A DNA stretch of 32,000 nucleotides from an uncultured Candidatus Saccharibacteria bacterium (GCA_964543385.1 CAZIYE010000001.1:120001-152000), one strand, 5' to 3'. Positions 6,385 through 14,974 are shown, numbered from the stretch's first letter. Made by a program: numbers and translations. The notes: a model not told the origin generated them from the sequence alone.

Positions 6385-9297
6385 ATGCAGCAGGATCTAT
6401 TCTCACACAGTCCATCAAAAAGCAAAATTTTAGATGGCCTAAATGAAGCCCAAGCCCAAGCAGTAGCTCATAATACTGGCCCGCTTTTGATTATTGCCGG
6501 TGCGGGAACAGGCAAGACAACAGTTATCACACGTCGTATCGCTTATCTGATAGAACGAAAAATTGCTAAACCCTCAGAAATCCTAGCTCTTACTTTTACA
6601 GAAAAAGCCGCTTCCGAGATGGAGGAGAGGGTTGATCAATTAGTTCCTTACGGCTATACAGACATGTGGATTTCCACCTTTCACGCTTTTGGCGACAGAC
6701 TGCTTAGGGACTTCTCTCTAGACCTCGGTTTGCCAGCCAATTTCAAAGTTTTGACGGCAACTGAACAAGCGATTTTCATGCGCCAAAATATCTACGCTTT
6801 TGATTTAAATTATTTTCGTCCGATCGCAAATCCACTTTCGCATATTAGCGCTCTGTTAAATCACTTTTCCAGACTCAAAGACGAATTAATTAACTCAGAA
6901 CAATATCTTGGATTTGCGCAACAAAATAAAGCCAAGGCAAACACTAAAGATGAGATCATCGAGGCTGAAAAAATACTTGAATTAGCAAGTGCCTATCAAA
7001 GATATCAAGATTTAATGATCCAATCAGGTAACCTTGATTTCGGCGATCAGATATACCTAACTTATAAATTATTAAAAGAAAATAAAAAAGTTTTAAATGA
7101 GTGCCAAGATCGCTTCAAATATATCTTGGTTGATGAATTTCAAGATACCAACCTTGCTCAGAATGAAATTGTAAAACTACTGGCAAGTCGAGATAAAAAT
7201 ATCACCGTAGTTGGAGATGATGACCAATCCATTTACCGTTTCAGAGGCGCATCCATTTCCAACATTATGGATTTCGTAGATTATTATTCTGATGCAAAAC
7301 AAGTAGTCCTAAATAATAATTACCGATCTACACAGGAAATCCTGGATTCTTCATACAAATTAATCAGCCACAATAATCCAGATCGGTTAGAAATACAAAA
7401 CAATATTAATAAGAGGCTAATTTCGCCCAAGCACGGTAGCAATCCAGAATTATTATTCTGCGATAATCTTAGTTGCGAAGCAGATAAAGTTGTCGAAAAA
7501 ATTAAAGGACTAAAAGAAAAACATAATTTTAAGAATAATGATTTTGCATTACTCGTAAGAGCTAACAGCCAAGCCGAACCTTTCCTGCAGTCACTAAATA
7601 TTGCCGGCATTCCATATATTTTCTCCGGTACCTCCGGTTTATTCTCACAAACAGAGATCAAAATGCTCGTGGCATTCCTAAAATCTCTTGTTTATACAGA
7701 CGACTCATTAGCCCTATACCAACTCGCAACTTCAGAGATTTACTCCATATCTCATGAGACTTTAGCTGAATATTATACTAAAGCAAAAAGATACAACCGC
7801 TCGCTAAAAACTATCCTAGAACAATCAGAGAGACAATCTCTTTTTAATGATGACATAAATGAGAATGGTAAATTAAAAGAATTAATCCTTGATATTCAGT
7901 CATATTCCGAAAAGAAAAATGATCCCTGCGGTGAAGTCCTTTATGATTATCTAAAAGAAAAAAAGTATCTAAAAAAACTGATAGAACAAACGTCGGTTGA
8001 AAATGAATTAAAGATTTACAATATTGCGAAATTTTTTGACAGGATTGCCCAATTCAATCACTCTAGCGACGACAAAGGAGTACACGCTTTCTTGAATAAT
8101 CTAGAGCTAATTCTAGAAGTAGGGGATGAAGTTATCACCTCCGACATCGACCCAGATATTGATGCTATTAATATTTTGACGGCTCATGCCTCAAAAGGAT
8201 TAGAGTGGCCAGTCGTTTTTATAGTGAATTGTGTTTCAGATAAATTTCCCGGAAGAAATAGGAGAGATCCGTTACCTATTCCACAAGAGCTCATTAAGGA
8301 AAGACTCCCTGAGGGGGACTTTCATCTGCAAGAGGAGCGAAGATTGTTCTATGTCGCTGCCACTCGTGCCAAGAACTATCTCTTTTTGACCTCAGCAGAG
8401 GATTATGGAGGTAAGCGTACGAAAAAGCTATCTCAGTTCGTCCTAGAGCTCCTGGACCAGCCAGATACCGATAAACTAAAGCACAAACTCTCCCCGTTAG
8501 AAAAGATTGAACGGTTTAAAAAACTTGAGCTTAAAAAGGCCAAACTCCCAAATAAATTTACCGCCGATATTATCAGACTCTCACGCCAGCAAATTGATGA
8601 TTATTTTTCATGTCCAAAAAAGTTTTACTTTGCTCATGTAATAAAGATACCGCTCTTAGAAAACCACTATCTTATGTACGGCACAGCGATTCATGCAGCT
8701 CTTGATCATTATTTTTCAAGAAAAATAAATGGCGCAACTCCAACTTTTGATCAATTAGTAGCTGATTACAATCAAGCTTTTCATAGTATTGGCTTTATTA
8801 CTCGTGATCAGGAAGAGCTTCGTCATAAGCAAGGGATAATTACACTGACCCGGTTCTACGATGAAGACCAGAATAATCCGACCATGCCGACCAAAGTTGA
8901 AGATGCTTTCGAATTTTATGAAAATAAAGTTCGAGTAAATGGCCGTTATGACTTGGTCTGTGGAGAAGGGGATACAACCGAAATAAGAGACTTCAAAACC
9001 TCAGACGTTAAAGAACAAAAAGATGCCGATCGAAGAATAAAAGATTCAACTCAGATGATGATCTATGCTCTTGCTTGGTATGAAAAATATAAAATAATTC
9101 CAAAAACGTCTCTAATTTTTATAGAATCTGGTCTTATGGGCAGTAAAACATTCAGTCTTAAAGATCTTGATAATACCAAGCAGATGATCTTCGAAGTTGC
9201 CGAAGGAATCAGAAAACAAGATATGACTGCCAAACCAGATAGTTACCAATGCAAACTGTGCCCATACTCAGACATATGCCCAGATAGTAAAGTTTAA
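6385..9297 (+). CDS. UvrD/PcrA-family superfamily 1 helicase with C-terminal PD-(D/E)XK nuclease domain and Cys cluster
   Basis: Walker A IIAGAGTGKTTVITRRI, VDEFQDTN, GDDDQSIYRFRGA, VNNYRST; C-terminal YGTAIHAALDHYF, TEIRDFKTS, CPKKF...CKLCPYSDIC. ATG 6385 preferred over 6349. Confidence 0.92.
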   Translation: MQQDLFSHSPSKSKILDGLNEAQAQAVAHNTGPLLIIAGAGTGKTTVITRRIAYLIERKIAKPSEILALTFTEKAASEMEERVDQLVPYGYTDMWISTFHAFGDRLLRDFSLDLGLPANFKVLTATEQAIFMRQNIYAFDLNYFRPIANPLSHISALLNHFSRLKDELINSEQYLGFAQQNKAKANTKDEIIEAEKILELASAYQRYQDLMIQSGNLDFGDQIYLTYKLLKENKKVLNECQDRFKYILVDEFQDTNLAQNEIVKLLASRDKNITVVGDDDQSIYRFRGASISNIMDFVDYYSDAKQVVLNNNYRSTQEILDSSYKLISHNNPDRLEIQNNINKRLISPKHGSNPELLFCDNLSCEADKVVEKIKGLKEKHNFKNNDFALLVRANSQAEPFLQSLNIAGIPYIFSGTSGLFSQTEIKMLVAFLKSLVYTDDSLALYQLATSEIYSISHETLAEYYTKAKRYNRSLKTILEQSERQSLFNDDINENGKLKELILDIQSYSEKKNDPCGEVLYDYLKEKKYLKKLIEQTSVENELKIYNIAKFFDRIAQFNHSSDDKGVHAFLNNLELILEVGDEVITSDIDPDIDAINILTAHASKGLEWPVVFIVNCVSDKFPGRNRRDPLPIPQELIKERLPEGDFHLQEERRLFYVAATRAKNYLFLTSAEDYGGKRTKKLSQFVLELLDQPDTDKLKHKLSPLEKIERFKKLELKKAKLPNKFTADIIRLSRQQIDDYFSCPKKFYFAHVIKIPLLENHYLMYGTAIHAALDHYFSRKINGATPTFDQLVADYNQAFHSIGFITRDQEELRHKQGIITLTRFYDEDQNNPTMPTKVEDAFEFYENKVRVNGRYDLVCGEGDTTEIRDFKTSDVKEQKDADRRIKDSTQMMIYALAWYEKYKIIPKTSLIFIESGLMGSKTFSLKDLDNTKQMIFEVAEGIRKQDMTAKPDSYQCKLCPYSDICPDSKV

Positions 9298-9307
9298 AGG
9301 GAATAAA

Positions 9308-9898
9308 ATGAAAAAAATATTATTAAATGGCAAAGCCATTGATCTCTCAGAAAACGACTTGTCAATGATTATACATGGCAAAGAGGGGAGCGGTGCTTCA
9401 TTTTTTGCCATTGACGCTGTTGCCAATTTATTCTTGAATGGTTCAAAAGTTCTCTTTTTTACTGCCTTTCCGGCAGCAAAAGAAGAAATTGAGAATCAGC
9501 TTGACGATACTGATCAAGAAAACAATCTCTTTTATCTCGAAGATATAACTGAGATTAATGCTGCAAAATCAGCCAATTTAATCATCATAAAAAGCGGTGA
9601 TACAAGTTTTTTTCATACCGTATTAAAAAAACTCCCGGATATTCAAGAAAGAGTAATCTTTATTAAGAATATTGAAACCCTGCTAAATTTAAATCTGCTT
9701 AACACTATACCGAAGAATAAGTTGCTGCTTTCTGGAGATCTAGGTAAATCTCAGATAAAAGAAGATATTGCTAAACTTAGCTTCAAATCAAAAATTCTCT
9801 TTTCAAGTTGCCAACTACTGGTAGATAACATGCCTATTTTAGATAAATATGAATCATATGCCTGGGGCACAGTCAGAGGAAAATTAACATTGCAATAG
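9308..9898 (+). CDS. Hypothetical protein with degenerate P-loop-like motif
   Basis: HGKEGSGASFFAIDAVANLFL resembles a RecA/KaiC-like Walker A lacking the invariant Lys; later hydrophobic strands VIFIKNIE, LLLSGDL. Confidence 0.6.
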   Translation: MKKILLNGKAIDLSENDLSMIIHGKEGSGASFFAIDAVANLFLNGSKVLFFTAFPAAKEEIENQLDDTDQENNLFYLEDITEINAAKSANLIIIKSGDTSFFHTVLKKLPDIQERVIFIKNIETLLNLNLLNTIPKNKLLLSGDLGKSQIKEDIAKLSFKSKILFSSCQLLVDNMPILDKYESYAWGTVRGKLTLQ

Positions 9899-9916
9899 TT
9901 TAAAGCGGTGTAATCA

Positions 9917-10108
9917 ATGGGAAAAATCAACAAGGAGTGGCACTTGGCCAACAAAATGCCCAAGAATCCAACCACTAAAGAGAGAATCAATTGGCATATT
10001 GAGCATGCCAAACATTGCCAATGTCGGCAAATGCCAGAGAGCATTAAACAAATGATCTTCGACGTCGCCGCCGACATCTGCCAGAACAAAAGGTTTAATA
10101 AGAAATAA
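9917..10108 (+). CDS. Small His/Cys-containing conserved-looking protein, 63 aa
   Basis: MGKINKEWHLANKMPKNPTTKERINWHIEHAKHCQCRQMPESIKQMIF; good local context for a start. Confidence 0.6.
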   Translation: MGKINKEWHLANKMPKNPTTKERINWHIEHAKHCQCRQMPESIKQMIFDVAADICQNKRFNKK

Positions 10109-10188
10109 CGACCACTAGTTTTTAATATTATTAAATTGCTATCATATTTATAGAAACTGCCCTATCTTGTGAAAAGGAGGATGGGTTT

Positions 10189-10662
10189 ATGCGCACCCCG
10201 GATTATCGGCAGTTCAGAGTAGCCAGCCGCCTCGAAGGCACGGCAAGAGAGCAAAAGATAAGAGACATTGCTCTCGCTCTTGTTAACACGGGTAATCTTA
10301 ACGGCTTCTACGCCGCTTGGGATTCCGGCAACCCTGAGCTATGCAGTATTGCATCAGCCGCGATTTGCCTGAACATCCCCGAGATGGTTACCCTCCTCTA
10401 CGATGAGGAATTCGCCTGTGAAATCGCTTGCATCCTTGCAAAGCAGGGTCTCACATCATCCGACCCTGCCATCAGAGGTGAGGCGATCCCCGCATTACAA
10501 TGGATAGCACTTTGTGGTGGCATAAGTTCCATCGCTAAACCGCTATCCAATCTCGTTGGCCAGTTCAACTCCGATGACTTTGTGCCTGAAGAATTCGAGC
10601 AGATACTCGATCTTCATGCAGATATTGCACAAGCCTATGGACCATTTGACCAGGCCGCATGA
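10189..10662 (+). CDS. Hypothetical all-helical protein, 157 aa, GC-rich relative to flanks
   Basis: Strong SD aaaggagg before ATG; no recognised family; followed by a 17-bp hairpin. Confidence 0.7.
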   Translation: MRTPDYRQFRVASRLEGTAREQKIRDIALALVNTGNLNGFYAAWDSGNPELCSIASAAICLNIPEMVTLLYDEEFACEIACILAKQGLTSSDPAIRGEAIPALQWIALCGGISSIAKPLSNLVGQFNSDDFVPEEFEQILDLHADIAQAYGPFDQAA

Positions 10663-10672
10663 GACCGTTTCC

Positions 10673-10710
10673 GTTGGCGTGGGATCGCAGATTTGCGATC
10701 CCACGCCAAC
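10673..10710 (+). terminator. 17-bp perfect hairpin, likely terminator
   Basis: gttggcgtgggatcgca-gatt-tgcgatcccacgccaac, immediately after the 10189-10662 ORF. Confidence 0.6.
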
Positions 10711-10746
10711 CATACAAATTCATTTATAATTTACACGAAAATGATT

Positions 10747-11343
10747 ATGACAAAGATAATTTTAGCTTCCGGCTCACAAGCCAGAAAAAATATAATCTCA
10801 TCACTTAATTTTCCATATATCACGATACCTGCCGATATCGACGAAAAAAGTATTCAAGATAGTGATCCTGCCAAAAGAGCAGAGATGATCGCTATTGCTA
10901 AAGCGGAAAAGATCTCCAAAGAAGAAAAGGCAATAGTTATTGCCGCTGATACCTTCTGTGTTCATGAAAGTGGCAAAGTGCTTGAAAAACCAGAGTCATT
11001 AAATGAAGCAAAAGAAATGCTTAAACTACAGTCTGATTCAGTTGATTTTATTTATAGCGGCTTTTGTTACATCGATAGCATCAATAACTTTAGATTCTCA
11101 GGAGCTGCTGTCACAAAAGTTTATTTTAGAAAATTTTCCGAAGAAGAAATTAATAATTGCATAGAAAATATGCCTGTGCTGACTTGGTCTGGTGCATTTT
11201 ACCCTGGTATTCCTTATGGAGCATCGTTAATCAAAAAAGTTGAAGGCTCGCTTTCTTCTTTTCTATACGGCTTGCCTACAGAATTGCTTATCCCCCAATT
11301 AGAAAAGTCTGGAATTAAATTTTCACCAAAACAAGGATTTTAA
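10747..11343 (+). CDS. maf: Maf/YhdE-family nucleoside triphosphate pyrophosphatase
   Basis: MTKIILASGSQARKNIISSL, AIVIAADTFCVHESGKVLEKP, LPTELLIPQLEKSGI. Confidence 0.8.
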   Translation: MTKIILASGSQARKNIISSLNFPYITIPADIDEKSIQDSDPAKRAEMIAIAKAEKISKEEKAIVIAADTFCVHESGKVLEKPESLNEAKEMLKLQSDSVDFIYSGFCYIDSINNFRFSGAAVTKVYFRKFSEEEINNCIENMPVLTWSGAFYPGIPYGASLIKKVEGSLSSFLYGLPTELLIPQLEKSGIKFSPKQGF

Positions 11344-11937
11344 ATGAAATTGATTATTGTAAGACACGGTGAGACAGAGGATAACGCAAAGAAAATAATT
11401 CAGGGTCAAAATCCCGGAAAACTATCAGCACTAGGCAAAGAACAGGCTAAGAAAGTAGCTAGCAGATTAAAAAACGAAAAGATTGATTTTATTTATTGCA
11501 GCGATCTTGGAAGAGCAAAAGAAACGCTTGTTCCCATAGTAGAAAGCCACCAGAACATACCCACAATATATGAACCCATGCTAAGAGAGCGTAAGTTTGG
11601 CGTTTTTGATGGCAAAACAATGAAGGATTACAAACAGGCAAAAGACGCCGCAAATGATAGGAAATGGCGACCAGAAAATGGCGAGAACTTTTATGATGTT
11701 AAAAGAAGGATCAGGAAATTTCTAAAACATTTATTAAAAAATCATAGCGGAAATGATACTATATTGATAATTACTCATGGTGGCTGGAAGGGGACATTTT
11801 TCAGTCAAATCATGCAAATACCAAGAGAGAAAGCCTTCTTTCTTCAGTTCGATAATACCTCCGTCTCTAAAATAGAATTACGAGGAGATGGTAAGCACAA
11901 ATTCGGAGTGATCAATTGTACTAAACACCTAGACTGA
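11344..11937 (+). CDS. Histidine phosphatase family protein (phosphoglycerate mutase-like)
   Basis: MKLIIVRHGETEDNAKKIIQGQ, FDGKTMKDY, ILIITHGGWKG. Confidence 0.92.
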   Translation: MKLIIVRHGETEDNAKKIIQGQNPGKLSALGKEQAKKVASRLKNEKIDFIYCSDLGRAKETLVPIVESHQNIPTIYEPMLRERKFGVFDGKTMKDYKQAKDAANDRKWRPENGENFYDVKRRIRKFLKHLLKNHSGNDTILIITHGGWKGTFFSQIMQIPREKAFFLQFDNTSVSKIELRGDGKHKFGVINCTKHLD

Positions 11938-11940
11938 GAT

Positions 11941-11968
11941 TTGCTATTTTGTTCTTTTTTGTTATATT
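11941..11968 (+). promoter_or_regulatory. Promoter of the prenyltransferase gene (TTGCTA-16-TATATT)
   Basis: TTGCTA 11941-11946, TATATT 11963-11968. Confidence 0.45.
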
Positions 11969-12015
11969 GAGCTCATCTCCAAAAGAGATAAATCCACTCT
12001 GCATGAGGTGATGTT

Positions 12016-12825
12016 ATGAAGCCCTGGATTGAAGCTTTGCGGTTACCCGCTGGCTTGTTCACAGCATTTACTGTATTTGCCAGCTTCAATCTTGCTGGCC
12101 TGGACTACAAGCTGGCCATCATGCCAGCAATCGTGACTATTACTATATTCTCTGCCACTGTAGCATTGAATGATTGGCACGACCGTCATCGGGATAGTCT
12201 GGCAGGAAAAACCTTTGCTTCCGACAAGGGCGAGACGTACGAATCGTTCTGTTCTGCCCTCTGTCTACTGGCCGTAGGATCAGTCGCACTAATCCGGGAA
12301 ATAAACGGTATGCTCTTGAGCATACTTATGATCTTCTTCGGTTTCACTTACCACAAAACCGAAAAGGTCACTGGATTATCGATGGTAATTGTGGCGATCA
12401 CCACCGCCATTCCAGCGCTGTTTCCACTAACAGTAGTATTTAGTCTTGCTTCGATACTAGTTGCAGTATTTATTGTTGTTATTATGAATGTGCGTGAGAT
12501 CTTCAAGGATTTCAAAGACGTCCCTGTCGACTCTCATCCGACACTAGGGAAAGCAACACTGCCAGTAAAGATTGGTACTGAGAAGTCTATCGTCGTAATA
12601 AGGATCGGACTAATAATAGCCTCTGGGCTGCTAAGTGCCCTGATCTCATGCGATAGTAATCCACTTACTCATGGATTGCTGACATTCTCAATGATTCTGA
12701 TGATCGCTATTGTCCTGATGATATATAACGATCAGAAGAACATCGAAACAATGCACCTACTCCTCGATATCGCCCTCGGGATCGCCGCCATAGCTACTGG
12801 CATCCTTTGGCCGATATTCCACTGA
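12016..12825 (+). CDS. UbiA-family prenyltransferase
   Basis: Motif 1 NDWHDRHRD, motif 2 DFKDVPVDSHPTLGKATLPVKIG, many TM helices; SD gaggtgatg. Confidence 0.85.
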   Translation: MKPWIEALRLPAGLFTAFTVFASFNLAGLDYKLAIMPAIVTITIFSATVALNDWHDRHRDSLAGKTFASDKGETYESFCSALCLLAVGSVALIREINGMLLSILMIFFGFTYHKTEKVTGLSMVIVAITTAIPALFPLTVVFSLASILVAVFIVVIMNVREIFKDFKDVPVDSHPTLGKATLPVKIGTEKSIVVIRIGLIIASGLLSALISCDSNPLTHGLLTFSMILMIAIVLMIYNDQKNIETMHLLLDIALGIAAIATGILWPIFH

Positions 12826-12830
12826 CCCAA

Positions 12831-12867
12831 CCCCTCGCGCAGAGCCTCTCGCCCGAGGGGTTTCTGT
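12831..12867 (+). terminator. Terminator after the UbiA-family gene
   Basis: cccctcg ... cgaggggtttctgttt. Confidence 0.75.
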
Positions 12868-12894
12868 TTAAGTTGGTTTTGGTATAATTAGTCC

Positions 12895-13368
12895 ATGAAT
12901 TTAGACCAAAATAAATTTAAAGACTTCTTGTTCAAAGCAAACGCAAATGGCTATGCTGCAAATGAAGCACGCATCCTTCCCGAGAGGCCAGGCTTTAAGG
13001 AGCTAGAATACAGAGAAGGGGAATGGTATTTTCGTGATTCATACGCTGGACATTTTTGTGCACCAGGGCAAGAAGTTGTCTACTACAAAAATCAACCAAT
13101 TTGGACCATGTCATATAGCGGTGGCATGAAAACAGAGTACCGAAATGACGAATATTTTACAGACGAAACCTTCAAATTTCTAAAAGAAACATTACTGGAA
13201 ATGGACAAGGATAAACCGTTCCGCGGACCATCAAATTACCGTAGAGAAGAATGGTGGTATATTAGTAAGATAAAGGGTGATATCGATGATTTTATAGGCA
13301 ACGAAAAAATATACAATAACAATAAGCTTGTTTTCGAGCAAAACTTTATCGGCGGAATAATAATATAA
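12895..13368 (+). CDS. DUF5680-like domain protein
   Basis: KDFLFKANANGYAA...ERPGFKELEYREGEWYFRDSYAGHFCAPGQEVVYYKNQPIWTMSYSGG resembles DUF5680 as I recall it; unverified. Confidence 0.6.
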   Translation: MNLDQNKFKDFLFKANANGYAANEARILPERPGFKELEYREGEWYFRDSYAGHFCAPGQEVVYYKNQPIWTMSYSGGMKTEYRNDEYFTDETFKFLKETLLEMDKDKPFRGPSNYRREEWWYISKIKGDIDDFIGNEKIYNNNKLVFEQNFIGGIII

Positions 13369-13381
13369 ATAAAGGAAATAT

Positions 13382-13660
13382 ATGGGACAAAATGAAGTTA
13401 ATATCAAAGCTGACGATCAAACTATCAAGGGAGCTTATTCAAACAACCTAATAGTTCAGCACACACCCGAAGAATTTGTCTTGGATTTCCTGAATGTTTT
13501 TCCGCCACAAGGAAGTTTAGTTTCACGTATTGTTACTAGCCCTGGCCATATGAAAAGAATTGTTAAAGTAATCGAAGAAAATTTGAAGCTCTATGAGAAA
13601 AATTTCGGACAGATCAAAGAAGCCGATGAACCCAAAAGAAGTATTGGTTTTAAAGTCTAA
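13382..13660 (+). CDS. DUF3467 domain protein
   Basis: YSNNLIVQHTPEEFVLDFLNVFPPQGSLVSRIVTSPGHMKRIVKVIEENLKLYEKNFG matches the DUF3467 pattern. Confidence 0.85.
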   Translation: MGQNEVNIKADDQTIKGAYSNNLIVQHTPEEFVLDFLNVFPPQGSLVSRIVTSPGHMKRIVKVIEENLKLYEKNFGQIKEADEPKRSIGFKV

Positions 13661-13691
13661 AATTTTAAACTATTTTTAAAAAAGGAATCGA

Positions 13692-14378
13692 TTGCCTGGC
13701 GAAATCCCTAGTGGTCTTGGAGAAATAATGCCTCCAAAAACTGAAGTAAATACACTTCGGTCGATTGAAGGCGCAGACACTCAAATACAGCGTACCGATA
13801 GGGGACTTGGATCATACGAAGATATCTTTGGCCCACTATATAAAGAAGTAAAAGATAAAGTTGTATTGGATCTTGGCTCAGGTCCGACCCAGCGTTTTGC
13901 ACGAGAGCTAGAAGCTTGGTATGAACCAAAAATGGTCGTCAATATTGACCCTTTTGCCGAAGAAGAACACGCACGGCATGTTATAAAAGCAAGAGCCGAG
14001 AAATTACCATTCCCTGACGAAAGCATCGATTTAATATATTCGAATAACTCAATTCCCCAATATTTAAGAACAAGAGAAAGTATTATCCACTCACTAAGAG
14101 AGGTAATTAGAGTTCTAAAGCCTGATGGAAAAGCCAATCTTTTTCCTTTAGCTTATATACCTATACCGAGCCAAGAAGGAGAGGAAAGCTATCCTGCGCA
14201 GTATGACGATGATCCAGCCTTTTTCGATGAAATTATCAAGACTTTGCTAGATGAATATAAAGAAGCAATGCGTATATACATACAAAGGACAGGTATCGAG
14301 AGACCATCGTTAATAAATGAGAATCATCAAATTGATGCCAGAAAACTTTTAATTCAAAAGATGAAAAGCCTTAAATAA
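13692..14378 (+). CDS. Class I SAM-dependent methyltransferase (TTG start or ATG 13728)
   Basis: KVVLDLGSGPTQRFARELE, LPFPDESIDLIYSNNSIPQYL, SLREVIRVLKPDGKANLFP. Confidence 0.85.
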   Translation: MPGEIPSGLGEIMPPKTEVNTLRSIEGADTQIQRTDRGLGSYEDIFGPLYKEVKDKVVLDLGSGPTQRFARELEAWYEPKMVVNIDPFAEEEHARHVIKARAEKLPFPDESIDLIYSNNSIPQYLRTRESIIHSLREVIRVLKPDGKANLFPLAYIPIPSQEGEESYPAQYDDDPAFFDEIIKTLLDEYKEAMRIYIQRTGIERPSLINENHQIDARKLLIQKMKSLK

Positions 14379-14402
14379 TTTTTGTCCTGGACTCTTAAAC
14401 TG

Positions 14403-14431
14403 TTGACAAACAGTGACTTTACGTTTATAAT
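14403..14431 (+). promoter_or_regulatory. Consensus promoter (TTGACA-17-TATAAT)
   Basis: TTGACA 14403-14408, TATAAT 14426-14431. Confidence 0.85.
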
Positions 14432-14527
14432 ATCAAGGTTGTCTAACAAGAGTTCTCTTGTTTGACGCAATAAAAAAGCGCCATGTACTTTTGGCGTTTC
14501 ATATATCCTACCCAGAGGAGGCATTCA

Positions 14528-14929
14528 ATGCCAACAACAGTCCCAACACGCACTCCTGTGGTGCCGGCACCAAAGTTAACAACCGAATTTCGGCGGTTAA
14601 CACGCTGGGAGAGATACTATCGTATGGTATATCTCATCAATCTCGGCGAATCTATACTTGCTGAGATTAGGAATCCAGTGACCCTAGATCCCGGTGATGA
14701 CGCCTCGATACTAGCGCTCAGCCTGGAGCATGCAGAAGCAGACTACCTAACCGCACTTGCACACAAGCGCATTCTCGTAGCAAAACGACTGCAATGTTTC
14801 TTGCATGACCCGCTACCTTCGCACCGAAGAAAGGCCCACTTGGCCTTACGCACTATCATGTGCATGGACATCCTGCCGTTCGCCATCACTTGGCGCACAG
14901 CAATCGCACATGCGAAATGTGCCTCATAA
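14528..14929 (+). CDS. Hypothetical protein, 133 aa
   Basis: SD agaggagg then ATG 14528 (MPTTVPTRTPVVPAPKLTTEFRRLTRWERYYRMVYLINLGES...); own promoter and terminator; no recognised family. Confidence 0.7.
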   Translation: MPTTVPTRTPVVPAPKLTTEFRRLTRWERYYRMVYLINLGESILAEIRNPVTLDPGDDASILALSLEHAEADYLTALAHKRILVAKRLQCFLHDPLPSHRRKAHLALRTIMCMDILPFAITWRTAIAHAKCAS

Positions 14930-14950
14930 CCATTTCGCAAGATCAGAATT

Positions 14951-14974
14951 CGACCCACACCAGGGTCGTTTTCT
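14951..14974 (+). terminator. Rho-independent terminator
   Basis: cgaccc-acacca-gggtcgttttct. Confidence 0.75.
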
